A program made the translations under genes and the position numbers. 64,000 nt of DNA. It comes from an uncultured Gammaproteobacteria bacterium. Its GTDB lineage: Bacteria > Patescibacteriota > Microgenomatia > JALYQM01. A model generated the notes under the pieces. That model worked only from the letters and a program-made list of their open reading frames with translations. It made no database searches and was not told the origin of the DNA. The stretch is from assembly GCA_964525495.1 (NCBI GenBank), contig CAZGHS010000003.1:52022-116021 (forward strand), given 5' to 3'. This document shows positions 37,391 through 49,262 of the stretch, one piece after another; positions within the stretch are counted from its first letter, which is position 1; every line of letters begins with the position of its first letter.

Positions 37391-38383
37391 TTATTCATTT
37401 TTTTCTAGAGGCTGGTCACTACCGTTAAAGAGCACAAAATCAAATACTCCTGGGAGTGTTGGGTAAGACTGATATACTCGAATTTTGCGTATAACGTCGC
37501 CAGCATTGCCTGTTGATTCGATTACTTGGCCTTGAGCAGGCAACACTGCATCACCAGGGTCAACAGCAATGTCGTGTGATGTTGTATTGTATAGAGGTTT
37601 TAATCTCATTAGTAGGTATTTTCGTCCTGTAGACGAGGCTGATGCAAGTCTCAGTGATTTTCTAAAGTTATAATTCTTTGTCCCTTGAGAGGTGTTAGTT
37701 AAAGGGAAATTTCCCGAAGTAAGGTTAGCACCTGATTGGTTACAGATAGTTGAATCAGCTGTTGATACTGCGTTACTGAAGTTATTTGATGTACTTCGTG
37801 TTTGGTAAGGATCATATGCACATTTTTCGACTTGAAATGCATTTGCGTTGTCGCGATAGAGGAGAGTAACTTCGAGAGCAGGGGTTGATGCATTAGGAGC
37901 ACCACCGGTCGGAGTTCCCCAATAGATAGTTATATCTCTGTTTGCGCATTCATTAAAATAGTTTGTTCCACTTGGGCAAGAAACAACTGGAAACGTAGAG
38001 GAATTTCTGTATGATTCATAGTTGAATAACCAAACTTGAGATGCCTCATCCTTTTTAAATGGGTTAGGAAACATGAACGGTTCGTCAGTGTTTCCTTGAG
38101 TGGATGTATTTGTTTGATATGTTGATTGATTTGCACCAGTTGCACCAAGACCTTGTGTCCCTGTTCCTGTGACTGTTCCACCAGGGCGTAACGCTTCTTC
38201 AATGCCAGCTTCCGCTGCTGAATATGCACGGTTTGCGTTTTCTGTATTAGTGGATAGACGTGTATTTGTGATAGTTCTAGAGATAAGGGATAATCCTACG
38301 GTAAGAGCGATAACAAGTACGAGCATTACTACTATTACCATTTGGCCGGACTGATCTGTTAAGTATTTTTTTAAATTTTTCAT
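37391..38383 (-). CDS. PilX-N-like pilus assembly/minor pilin protein
   Basis: N-terminus QSGQMVIVVMLVLVIALTVGLSLISRT...AYSAAEAGIEEAL fits the PilX_N-type pseudopilin pattern. Confidence 0.5.
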   Translation of the reverse strand: MKNLKKYLTDQSGQMVIVVMLVLVIALTVGLSLISRTITNTRLSTNTENANRAYSAAEAGIEEALRPGGTVTGTGTQGLGATGANQSTYQTNTSTQGNTDEPFMFPNPFKKDEASQVWLFNYESYRNSSTFPVVSCPSGTNYFNECANRDITIYWGTPTGGAPNASTPALEVTLLYRDNANAFQVEKCAYDPYQTRSTSNNFSNAVSTADSTICNQSGANLTSGNFPLTNTSQGTKNYNFRKSLRLASASSTGRKYLLMRLKPLYNTTSHDIAVDPGDAVLPAQGQVIESTGNAGDVIRKIRVYQSYPTLPGVFDFVLFNGSDQPLEKNE

Positions 38384-38419
38384 AACTATATTTTAGTGTG
38401 CATATATTTTTATAAATAA

Positions 38420-39199
38420 TCAATAGCTTCTTAATGATATTGTTAAATCAAACGGTACCTCCGCCAACGAATCTGTACGACTTGAGGCATTTATGCCTTG
38501 TACAAGGGTATATTTGATTGATACAAGTGATGGTTTGTTTGGGGTAGTTCGTATGCTGATGATAGGGTAGTTTGATGAAGTAGTTGGGTTAATGGTTGGT
38601 CTTAAACTCACACCACTTTGTTTTTCGGTATTGGTAATAACTTGTCCGATGGTAGCTGCATTTATTGGTATTCCTACTGTATTTTTAAGAATGCCATCAG
38701 GCAGCAGAGAAGTGTCTTCGACAAGTCGAATATTGCCGTTGCATGATATCGGGTTAGTTGAAGAGTCTTGGTCTGATGCTAAAAACGGGACACTTCCGCA
38801 TTCACGATCGTGTTCAGTATTAAACTGTATCTTAGTATATCCACCATTCGTGGCAGGGTTTTTTACTATAATTGCACAAATATTTCCATCAGTAGGGGTG
38901 GTACATGTTTCCTCCGATGAAAACAAATCTGAATTTACCCAGTTCCATGGCTGGTTGTACGGTTTGCTACCAATGGCAACCACTGATTCCGCATTTCTGA
39001 CGAATCGTTCAATTTTGTTAAGGGAGGTCTCGCCATTTTGTTTTACCTCGGTAATAATATTTCCTTTGTTGGATGCTTTGATGATTTGTACAAAAATGTC
39101 AGAGGTAATGCCTGCAATAATACCGATAATTGCTATAACTACGAGCATTTCGATCAATGAAAAGCCTTGTTCGTTTGTATTCTTCATATTTATTGCCAT
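38420..39199 (-). CDS. Prepilin-type minor pilin
   Basis: Class III signal EQG|FSLIEMLVVIAIIGIIAGI (Gly at -1, Glu at +5). Confidence 0.75.
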   Translation of the reverse strand: MAINMKNTNEQGFSLIEMLVVIAIIGIIAGITSDIFVQIIKASNKGNIITEVKQNGETSLNKIERFVRNAESVVAIGSKPYNQPWNWVNSDLFSSEETCTTPTDGNICAIIVKNPATNGGYTKIQFNTEHDRECGSVPFLASDQDSSTNPISCNGNIRLVEDTSLLPDGILKNTVGIPINAATIGQVITNTEKQSGVSLRPTINPTTSSNYPIISIRTTPNKPSLVSIKYTLVQGINASSRTDSLAEVPFDLTISLRSY

Positions 39200-39699
39200 T
39201 CTGTTAATAAAGTATTAGCTTCAGCTTTATGATCGCCCTTACCATCACTCCATGCTACCTGTATGTAAATTGTTTTTCTATTAACATTACTGCCATCGTC
39301 TGCAATTCGAATTTTTCGTCTAAAAATTGTCTCTATTAATTCGTCGTTGTTGTCATTACAATCGCTGCGTAGTCTGAGAGAGAGAATGTTGTCATTTAGG
39401 TTATAACATCGCCCGCTTGCTCCAATATTCGTAGACCATAGGGTGGACCACATTGTCCCTGTTGCAGGATCGTTGTCTGTATCATTAATATCGTTGTCTT
39501 GATCTCGGACGGCACGTACCAGTTCAAGCGACCTTTGTGCGATGCGCGTGGCTTGGTTTTGATTTTTAGCAAATTGCGCTTCACGTACTGCGCTAATAGT
39601 TGCTGATGTAAACGCCAGGACTACTATGATTGCGATACTGAGAGAAATAATAACCTCTACGAGTGATTGTCCTTTTTCGTTACGCAAAATAGATTTCAT
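39190..39699 (-). CDS. Prepilin-type pseudopilin (PilV/FimT-like)
   Basis: KG|QSLVEVIISLSIAIIVVLAF class III signal. Confidence 0.7.
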   Translation of the reverse strand: MKSILRNEKGQSLVEVIISLSIAIIVVLAFTSATISAVREAQFAKNQNQATRIAQRSLELVRAVRDQDNDINDTDNDPATGTMWSTLWSTNIGASGRCYNLNDNILSLRLRSDCNDNNDELIETIFRRKIRIADDGSNVNRKTIYIQVAWSDGKGDHKAEANTLLTEWQ

Positions 39700-39755
39700 A
39701 GTAGATATATGTTACTTGTATCTTAATTTTAATGTCAACAATGGGAGCAAGGAGC

Positions 39756-40346
39756 TTACGGATCAGATACGGTGAAATTTGAGTTGGTTTGCACTGTTCC
39801 GTGAGGTGTGCTAGTGCCCGAGGTGTCTGCGCTCCCAATATTGCAGCGTGTAGTAGATGCTGCGTCACAGGAAACTCCACTCCAGGCAGTAGCCCCTGCA
39901 ACGTTGCAATATTTATCTACATCGTTTGCATTTTCTAATCGAGCGTATAAGTTAAATCGTCTACGTCGTGTTGGTGCGGTAACCTGCTCTGTACAGTAGT
40001 AGTATTGGTATACATTGCCTGATGTATTGGAATTTCTTGGGTCTTTAGGAATGCTCTTAATATATACATCTGTTGTAACAACAGGATCCGTTAAGACTCC
40101 TGAGTTAAATGAAAATGTACCACCTGATCCGCTACCAATATCAGGATATTGATTGTTTTGAGAATAATACATCTCAAGTCCCTGAGCAATTGTTTTTAAG
40201 TCTGCTTTTCTTCGACCGTCACGTGCCCTTGCTTGAGCAATTGTTAAATTGGATGTGATAAGCGTTGTCAAGATTCCAATGATACCTATTACTACGAGTA
40301 ATTCGATAAGGGTGAACCCGTGAGACTGCTTTTCTGTTTTATTCAT
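39756..40346 (-). CDS. Type IV pilin
   Basis: HG|FTLIELLVVIGIIGIL. Confidence 0.8.
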   Translation of the reverse strand: MNKTEKQSHGFTLIELLVVIGIIGILTTLITSNLTIAQARARDGRRKADLKTIAQGLEMYYSQNNQYPDIGSGSGGTFSFNSGVLTDPVVTTDVYIKSIPKDPRNSNTSGNVYQYYYCTEQVTAPTRRRRFNLYARLENANDVDKYCNVAGATAWSGVSCDAASTTRCNIGSADTSGTSTPHGTVQTNSNFTVSDP

Positions 40347-40347
40347 A

Positions 40348-40809
40348 TTATGGATTAACTACTGTGTATGTTCTGTTACCATTGTTTGCTGTACCATTGC
40401 TTCCGCACGAAGTGTTCGTCCACGTTCCAATAGCGTCAGTGAGATTTTCTAAACAAGCTCGCATAGTGTAGACTGTGCCGCTTGATGCGTATGTATAAAC
40501 GAAAACTCCTGTTCCGCGAGGATCGTCTGGAAGTACTCTAATATAATTGGGAACGAGTGGTGTACCAAGAGCAGTGAACTGCGCGGCAGATGGAACAGTT
40601 GTATTGGTAGATACTGGATAGCTGCCTGTGTCTATTCTAAATTGCTCTAAACCGTCACGAACAATCTTTAAATCATTCTTTCTTTCTGCGTCACGAGCAC
40701 GACCTTGTGCACTATTAAAGTTGCCGAGAGCCAAGCTAGCGAGAATGCCGATAATTGCTATGACTACGAGTAATTCAATAAGTGTGAAACCTTTAGATAG
40801 ATTTTTCAT
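40348..40809 (-). CDS. Type IV pilin
   Basis: KG|FTLIELLVVIAIIGILASLA. Confidence 0.8.
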   Translation of the reverse strand: MKNLSKGFTLIELLVVIAIIGILASLALGNFNSAQGRARDAERKNDLKIVRDGLEQFRIDTGSYPVSTNTTVPSAAQFTALGTPLVPNYIRVLPDDPRGTGVFVYTYASSGTVYTMRACLENLTDAIGTWTNTSCGSNGTANNGNRTYTVVNP

Positions 40810-40815
40810 AGTTAA

Positions 40816-41745
40816 TTACCTCAATGATTGTCCTAATATATCAACTGTATACCAACTGAATAATTGATTGCCAAAGAACATAACAATAAAGCATGCAATT
40901 ATTAAGAATGGACCGAAAGGAATCGTCTGCTTTACCTTTCTTCGTTGTGCTATAACCAGTATGATGCTAACGAATGCGCCTGTCAAGAATCCTAAGAAGA
41001 TTGCTACTACCATATTAGGCCAACCAGTTAGTAATCCTATTAGAAAACCTAATTTTAGATCACCTCCACCCATTCCTCGTCCTTTCGTTACTACTATAAG
41101 TAAGAGGAAAAATAATCCGATAGCTATACTTCCTGCAATTGTTTGTAGAAAGGTGTTGGTTGCAAAGGTAGCTAAGTTGGTGACCATACCTGCTTCAATT
41201 AATTTTTTCCCAAATTCGGATCCTTGCAACTGAATATAGTAGGTAGCTGTATAGTACATAATAACGATGACTTTGTATGATAGAACAAACACAATTGTCG
41301 GCAGGAGGATTCTGTCGTAGAGCATTCCATATTTAAAGTCTGTGATAAATAGTGCGATAAGAGGTATCGATACTACGAAGTAAAAGAGAAGGGGAATGGT
41401 AGGTCCAAAATCTAAAATATGAATTGCATTATTCATGTAGTCAGCATAGGTGAATCTGTACGAGGTAACTAAAAGGTATACGGTTGTAAAGATAAGGGCA
41501 GTAGCTATTTCGATAATGATGTATTGATTGGATAGTTTTACTTTACAGTATGCACAGCGACCTTTGTTTTTTAGGAAACTTATTATCGGTATTAAATCCT
41601 GAGGTTGTAGTTTCTTGTTGCAGCTTTCGCAGTAAGATCTTCCTTTGATGCTTTCTTTACGCGCTGTTCTTTCTGCTAATACATTGATAAAACTACCGAT
41701 TGCTGCGCCTAATATAAATACAAAAGGGAGGAGTATTAACTGCAT
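40816..41745 (-). CDS. pilD: Prepilin peptidase (A24 family) PilD
   Basis: N-terminal CxxC...CxxC zinc finger (CESCNKKL...CAYCKVKL). Polytopic, with GGGDLKLGFLIGLLTGW. Confidence 0.85.
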   Translation of the reverse strand: MQLILLPFVFILGAAIGSFINVLAERTARKESIKGRSYCESCNKKLQPQDLIPIISFLKNKGRCAYCKVKLSNQYIIIEIATALIFTTVYLLVTSYRFTYADYMNNAIHILDFGPTIPLLFYFVVSIPLIALFITDFKYGMLYDRILLPTIVFVLSYKVIVIMYYTATYYIQLQGSEFGKKLIEAGMVTNLATFATNTFLQTIAGSIAIGLFFLLLIVVTKGRGMGGGDLKLGFLIGLLTGWPNMVVAIFLGFLTGAFVSIILVIAQRRKVKQTIPFGPFLIIACFIVMFFGNQLFSWYTVDILGQSLR

Positions 41746-41764
41746 ATGCTTTTTACAGTAACAT

Positions 41765-41802
41765 AAAAAAAAATCGTATACAACATTGCTGAAGTATACG
41801 AT
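41765..41802 (-). terminator. Rho-independent terminator after the pilA-like gene (minus strand)
   Basis: Minus-strand ATCGTATAC-ttcagcaatgtt-GTATACGAT followed by nine T. Confidence 0.7.
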
Positions 41803-41825
41803 TTTCTTGTAATTCCTTTTAAGAA

Positions 41826-42395
41826 TTAAATCAAAGTCAAACCAGGAGCTGTTCCTGTTTCGAAAATGTTATCACTGTTTCCGCCGTCACCGTTTAACTT
41901 GGTGAGATTTTGTGTGCTTTCGAGATATGTATTTAGCTCGTAAGTAGCGTCTGCTGCGGATCTAAAACTGTATGCTGCTACTGCTGTTAATCTGCTTGTA
42001 GTACAACCTGTACCACCATTGCATGCAACTGTTGTTGATGCGTTGATTGGATCAATTGGGAGAGTAGAGAGGAATTGTGTTAAATCGAATGTTCCTCCTG
42101 ACGCACCTAACCACCCTGTGCCTGCTGCACTTCGTCCACGTCCATCGTTGGATAGACATGCTGTTGTACATGGTAATGTTATAGCTCCAGTTTGCTGTGC
42201 AATAGCTGAATCAACCGCTTTACGCAATGTGCTTAAATCTTGAAGACGTCCAGAGTCTCGACTTCTTCTTAAGAGTTCAGCTGGATTGATAGCGAGCAAC
42301 ACGACTGCTGCGAGAACACCGATAATAGCAATAACAACCAATAACTCAATAAGAGTGAAACCTTTGTTTGCTCTTGTATCTATTGTTGCGATCAT
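41826..42395 (-). CDS. pilA: Type IV pilin, probable major pilin (own terminator)
   Basis: KG|FTLIELLVVIAIIGVLAAVVLLAINP; a dedicated terminator sits downstream. Confidence 0.75.
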   Translation of the reverse strand: MIATIDTRANKGFTLIELLVVIAIIGVLAAVVLLAINPAELLRRSRDSGRLQDLSTLRKAVDSAIAQQTGAITLPCTTACLSNDGRGRSAAGTGWLGASGGTFDLTQFLSTLPIDPINASTTVACNGGTGCTTSRLTAVAAYSFRSAADATYELNTYLESTQNLTKLNGDGGNSDNIFETGTAPGLTLI

Positions 42396-42430
42396 AGTAT
42401 TAGTTTCACCCCCCTTCCAAAAAGCGTTTT

Positions 42431-43639
42431 TTAAAAACTGCTTGTTAGTTTATATATTGGCAAAATAATGGATAGTACTAAGAATGCTACGCCAACACCT
42501 AACAATATAAGGATGAATGGTTCTAGCGCAGTTGTCAAGTTTTTAATTAAGTTCTCGACCTCGGATTCAAAGTATTTAGATATTTTCAATAGCACTTCAT
42601 CGAGCTTACCCGTTTCTTCTCCCACTTTAATCATTTGCGACAGAATAGGAGGGAAGTTGTCATTTTTACTAATCGGAACAGAGAGTGGATTTCCGTGTTC
42701 TACATCTTTTGCTGCCTGTTTGATCGCGTCATAATATACGCGATTTCCCACTGATTCGCTCACGATATTTAATGCTTCGATAATAGGAATACCAGCACCA
42801 ATAAGAAGTCCGAGAGTACGCGAGAACTCTGTCAATGCGCTTTCACGTTTTATTCTTCCAAATATCGGTATTCTATACGTCAATTCGTCGATTTGTTTTG
42901 CGCCAATATCGGTTGCTGAATATCTCTTATAGAAGAAGAAAGCGCCAGCCATGCTGAGGATCATGAGCCACCAAAATTCGACAAAGAAATTAGATGTTGC
43001 TATAAGGATTCGAGTAGGGGCTGGCAACTCTACACCCATGTCCTTGTACATGCCTGTCAGACGTGGGATAACGAAGATCATCATGATAAACATCACAACG
43101 GTAATCGCAATAATAACGATAACAGGGTAGATCAGCGCACCTTTTGTTTTTGCTTTGAATTCGCGGTCTTTTTCTAGGTTTTCTGCTAGGCGATCAAGAA
43201 TGGTGTCAAGCAGTCCTGAAGCTTCACCAGCTCTCACTAAGCTGATATAAATTTTTGTAAATGTTTTAGGATGCTTGGCTAAACTGTCTGCAAAAGAGCC
43301 ACCTCCTTCAATGTCGCGAAGAAGGGCTTCCTGTACTATGGTAAATTGTTTACTTTTTGTTTGAGCTTTTAGGATGGTGATAGCTTCAGTGAGTGGTAGA
43401 CCAGCCGTGATCATGGTTGAAAGCTGCCGAGTAAAGTTTGTGATATCGCTTTCTGCTACTTTTTGAAATTTTCCAAAGATTCTTTCTAACGAAAATCCTT
43501 CATCAGTTGCTTTAATAGCGAGAACTATCAGACCACGCTCTCGTAAGATTTTGCTGGCTTGTTTTTGATCAACGCCTTCGACAATTCCTTCACGAGATGC
43601 ACCATCTCTGCTTTTTGCTTTATAATTAAATTGTCTCAT
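42431..43639 (-). CDS. pilC: Type IV pilus platform protein PilC (GspF family)
   Basis: Two GspF repeats and 3 TM segments. 402 aa. Confidence 0.85.
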   Translation of the reverse strand: MRQFNYKAKSRDGASREGIVEGVDQKQASKILRERGLIVLAIKATDEGFSLERIFGKFQKVAESDITNFTRQLSTMITAGLPLTEAITILKAQTKSKQFTIVQEALLRDIEGGGSFADSLAKHPKTFTKIYISLVRAGEASGLLDTILDRLAENLEKDREFKAKTKGALIYPVIVIIAITVVMFIMMIFVIPRLTGMYKDMGVELPAPTRILIATSNFFVEFWWLMILSMAGAFFFYKRYSATDIGAKQIDELTYRIPIFGRIKRESALTEFSRTLGLLIGAGIPIIEALNIVSESVGNRVYYDAIKQAAKDVEHGNPLSVPISKNDNFPPILSQMIKVGEETGKLDEVLLKISKYFESEVENLIKNLTTALEPFILILLGVGVAFLVLSIILPIYKLTSSF

Positions 43640-43646
43640 GTTAAAT

Positions 43647-44708
43647 TTACTTTCCTGTTCCTAGAATTCTATTTAATTCTTTAACGTTATTTGCATAACT
43701 CTGTGCTACCTGTAAAGATATTTGTCCAGATTTTACTTTTCGTGAAAGTGCAGATTCAATACTTTCCATGCCTAAATCACCGCTTGTCTGAATAACGTTG
43801 TCGAGTAAATGAGTTTTTCCTTCTCGGATAATTGTTTTTACAGCAGGAGTGTTAATTAATATTTCATTTACAACGATTCGTTCTCCGTTAAGAGAGGGGA
43901 TTAGTCGCTGCGAAATTACCGCAACTAACGTTTCAGCCAACTGCAATCTTACTTGATCCTGTTGATGTTCTGGGAATACATCAACAATGCGGTCAATTGC
44001 TTGTGGAGCTGAGTTTGTATGTAGAGTAGAGAATACTAGATGTCCTGTTTCTGCTATAGTAATGGCAGAGCCAATTGTCTCATAATTGCGCATTTCTCCA
44101 ATCAGTACAACATCAGGGTCTTCACGAAGAGCGCTTGATAAGGCGACATCCCATGAATGTGTGTCTAATAAAAGTTCACGCTGAGATACAAACGCCTTAG
44201 CTTTTGGATATACATACTCGATTGGATCTTCAATTGTTAAAATATGACAGGCGCGATTTTGATTAATTTCATTGATCATAGCCGCGAGTGAGGTTGATTT
44301 CCCATGTCCAGTTGGTCCACACATTAATACAAATCCTTGCATCATTTGTGTAAATCTGAAGAGTATGTTTGGTAATCCGAGCTCGTCAATATTGCGAATA
44401 CGGAGGGGTAACATACGAAGTGCGGCTGAAATATATCCCTTTTGATAATACGCGTTTACACGGAAACGGGCTACATCGCCTAATGCGAACGAGAAATCTA
44501 TTTCCTTATTTGCTAAAAACATCTCTCTTTGCTCTTGTGTTAATAGCGCAAATACAAGTTTCTCAACTTCATCAGGGGTAAGTGGAGCTGCATTTGGCAC
44601 TGGAGTTAAATGTCCATGAATACGCAGTGTTGGCTCGGAGTATGCAATAAGATGGAGGTCAGACGCACCTTTTTGTATTGTAACTTGTAAGAGCTGTTCG
44701 ATTGTCAT
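43647..44708 (-). CDS. pilT: Twitching-motility retraction ATPase PilT
   Basis: GASDLHL N-terminus, Walker A GPTGHGKST, Asp box, His box. Confidence 0.9.
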   Translation of the reverse strand: MTIEQLLQVTIQKGASDLHLIAYSEPTLRIHGHLTPVPNAAPLTPDEVEKLVFALLTQEQREMFLANKEIDFSFALGDVARFRVNAYYQKGYISAALRMLPLRIRNIDELGLPNILFRFTQMMQGFVLMCGPTGHGKSTSLAAMINEINQNRACHILTIEDPIEYVYPKAKAFVSQRELLLDTHSWDVALSSALREDPDVVLIGEMRNYETIGSAITIAETGHLVFSTLHTNSAPQAIDRIVDVFPEHQQDQVRLQLAETLVAVISQRLIPSLNGERIVVNEILINTPAVKTIIREGKTHLLDNVIQTSGDLGMESIESALSRKVKSGQISLQVAQSYANNVKELNRILGTGK

Positions 44709-44716
44709 AGATCTCC

Positions 44717-46456
44717 TTAATCTTGTGCAACACGTAGTACTTCTTCAAGAGTAGTTAATCCTTCAATAGCTTTCAAGTACCCATCTTGTTTCATGGTTAT
44801 CATTCCATCTTCAACTGCCTGGTTTTCTATTGCAGATGCAGGTTTTCTTTCCAAAATTATTTTTCCTATTTTTTCTGTTACGACGAGTACTTCATAAATA
44901 CCAACACGGCCGCGGTATCCTGTATCATTACAAGATTTACATCCTTTTCCTTTATACAGTACGAGTTTTTGATTTTCAGAACTGCCTTTATTGACTGCAG
45001 CATCATAAATTGTGTTTAAAACTAATTTAACTTCCTCGACAACTTCCGGAAGTGGTTCTACTTGCTCTTTGCAGTCTTCGCAAATTTTTCGCACAACCCG
45101 CTGTCCTTCTATGGCGTTAATACTTGATGCTATAAGGAATGGCTCACCACCCATGTCGAGTAGACGTGGAAGTGCTCCTGCTGCGGAGTTGGTATGAATA
45201 GTTGAGAAAACCAAGTGCCCGGTTAAAGATGCTTGAATAGCAAGATTTGCAGTTTCTCCATCGCGAATTTCTCCCACCATGATAACGTTTGGATCCTGTC
45301 GTAAGAACGAACGCAATCCAGATGCAAATGTTAAGCCTGCCTGAGGATTTACTTGTACTTGGTTTATTCCTGCCATTTGGTATTCGACTGGATCTTCGAG
45401 AGTCACTATGTTTACTCTAGGGGAGTTGATTTTTGTAAGAAGGGAATAGAGGGTTGTTGTTTTACCAGAACCAGTAGGACCTGTTACGAGAATAATGCCG
45501 TGTGGACGTAAGGCTTGTGTCTCCAGATTTTTGAGAGTTGTACCGCGTAGCCCAAGGTCGGCAAGACTCGGCACACCACCAGTTTTTTTTAGTAAACGCA
45601 TAACGACTTTTTCACCGTTTACAGTAGGGAGTGTTGAAACACGCAAGTCAACTTCTTCAGTGCCAAGTTTGAAGTTGAAACGTCCGTCTTGAGGGATACG
45701 ACGCTCGTCGATCTTCATGTCGGATAAGATTTTAACGCGTGAAACAACTGCATCATGTACTTTGCGAGGCAGTACTAGCTTTTCTTGTAAAATGCCGTCA
45801 ATACGATAACGAATACGAGTTTTTTCCTCCAGTGCTTCAATATGGATATCTGATGCGCGAGCTTTAATCCCGTATTCGAGAACTGTAGAAACAATTTTTG
45901 CGACTGGAGCTTCTCGTATAACTAAATCAGCCTTCGCTTTCTCAGCCTCTTCGTCAATTTTGTTAGAAGTAGGTACAACTCCGGCTTCGCTTAATGCTGC
46001 ACTTACATCAGAGGAAATGTTGTGTGAATACGCATCGGACATTGTGTGCAGTATTGCGGTTTGGGTGGCACTATAAGGAATTACTTTAACTCCAGTTTTT
46101 TGTTCAATGAATTGTATGACCTGAGAATCGAGTGGATCCAGCATTGCGACATGTACGCCATTCTGATCTTGCATGAATGGAATCAGCGTGTATTTTCGTG
46201 CAATGGCTTCTGGTATCAAGTTAAGTGTTTCAGTTGTAATAGAAACGCTTGAAAGATCAGCATAGGGAAGCCCGAGCATCTGTGCTTGTGTTTGTACGAG
46301 CTGGTCTTCCGTAACCCAATTGTTCTCGAGCAAAATTGTCTCAACAGGTTTCTCAGAGTTTATTGTTTCAAGTTTGATGCGTGCAACTTGTTCTTGAGTT
46401 AGGATACCTTGTTTAAACAAAATATCTTCGACGCCCTTGGCAGTTAAAGCTTTCAT
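44717..46456 (-). CDS. pilB: Type IV pilus assembly ATPase PilB (GspE family)
   Basis: GspE N-domain, Walker A GPTGSGKTTTLY, tetracysteine CEDC...CKSC. Confidence 0.9.
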   Translation of the reverse strand: MKALTAKGVEDILFKQGILTQEQVARIKLETINSEKPVETILLENNWVTEDQLVQTQAQMLGLPYADLSSVSITTETLNLIPEAIARKYTLIPFMQDQNGVHVAMLDPLDSQVIQFIEQKTGVKVIPYSATQTAILHTMSDAYSHNISSDVSAALSEAGVVPTSNKIDEEAEKAKADLVIREAPVAKIVSTVLEYGIKARASDIHIEALEEKTRIRYRIDGILQEKLVLPRKVHDAVVSRVKILSDMKIDERRIPQDGRFNFKLGTEEVDLRVSTLPTVNGEKVVMRLLKKTGGVPSLADLGLRGTTLKNLETQALRPHGIILVTGPTGSGKTTTLYSLLTKINSPRVNIVTLEDPVEYQMAGINQVQVNPQAGLTFASGLRSFLRQDPNVIMVGEIRDGETANLAIQASLTGHLVFSTIHTNSAAGALPRLLDMGGEPFLIASSINAIEGQRVVRKICEDCKEQVEPLPEVVEEVKLVLNTIYDAAVNKGSSENQKLVLYKGKGCKSCNDTGYRGRVGIYEVLVVTEKIGKIILERKPASAIENQAVEDGMITMKQDGYLKAIEGLTTLEEVLRVAQD

Positions 46457-46508
46457 AATGTATATGTTATATTTCTGATAGATTATTAGTTATTCTATGA
46501 TCTAGGTT

Positions 46509-47201
46509 ATGAGAATTGCACTGGATGTGTCAAGCATTGACGGGCGGACTTTCGTTGTTTTTGGTGACACATTAGAGTCTAGAAAGCTCTATATTAATGA
46601 TTTACTTTCACAGCATCGGGAAACTTCCGGTGGTGGCATTTTGCTTGACGAAATTGATGCGAGAGAGAAACATTTATCTATTGAGCATGCGCGGCAGTTG
46701 TTGGAGCGGGTGAGATATACTTCATTGCAGAATGGCACTCAGTTTTTTGTTATTTATGGAGCAGATACCCTATCTATAGTAGTTCAGAATGCTTTGCTTA
46801 AAACACTAGAGGAAGTGTCTAGTGGAAAATCGTTTATTTTAGAGCTTGCCCGGGTTGATTCATTGCTTCCAACAATTCAGTCGAGGGCTTTTCATATTAA
46901 GGTCTCTGGTGAATCCCCGAGTGAGGTTTTTAATGTCAAAGACTTACAGTCTAAGTCGTTAGCTGATCTATTTGTAGTAGCTGAAGAGTATTCGGAAAGT
47001 GTTGAAAAGGCGCGTGATTTAGTGGAAGGCTTGCTTAGTTATATGCGGAAAAAATATCTGGAGAAGGGGATTGTCTCTCAGTATATTAACTTTACCGAAT
47101 TTTTATTAACGAGTTATGGACAAATAGGGAATACGAATGTTTCATTACGATTATTACTGGAAAACTGCATGCTAAATTTTTATAGTCTGTTTGTTAAGTA
47201 G
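46509..47201 (+). CDS. Clamp-loader delta'-like subunit (DNA polymerase III HolB-like, no P-loop)
   Basis: QNALLKTLEE...LLPTIQSRAFHIK matches the clamp-loader sensor and SRC motifs. No Walker A. Confidence 0.5.
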   Translation: MRIALDVSSIDGRTFVVFGDTLESRKLYINDLLSQHRETSGGGILLDEIDAREKHLSIEHARQLLERVRYTSLQNGTQFFVIYGADTLSIVVQNALLKTLEEVSSGKSFILELARVDSLLPTIQSRAFHIKVSGESPSEVFNVKDLQSKSLADLFVVAEEYSESVEKARDLVEGLLSYMRKKYLEKGIVSQYINFTEFLLTSYGQIGNTNVSLRLLLENCMLNFYSLFVK

Positions 47202-49205
<2,004 letters not shown>

Positions 49206-49262
49206 TCTAATGATGAGTTTCTGGTTACTTGTTGTTAGACGTTATAATATATAACCGGTTTT

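Noticed and set aside
46457-46508. Possible divergent promoter or ncRNA in the pilB/holB-like spacer
   Set aside because: There are only 52 nt between divergent starts, AT-rich, with nothing beyond generic promoter-like composition.
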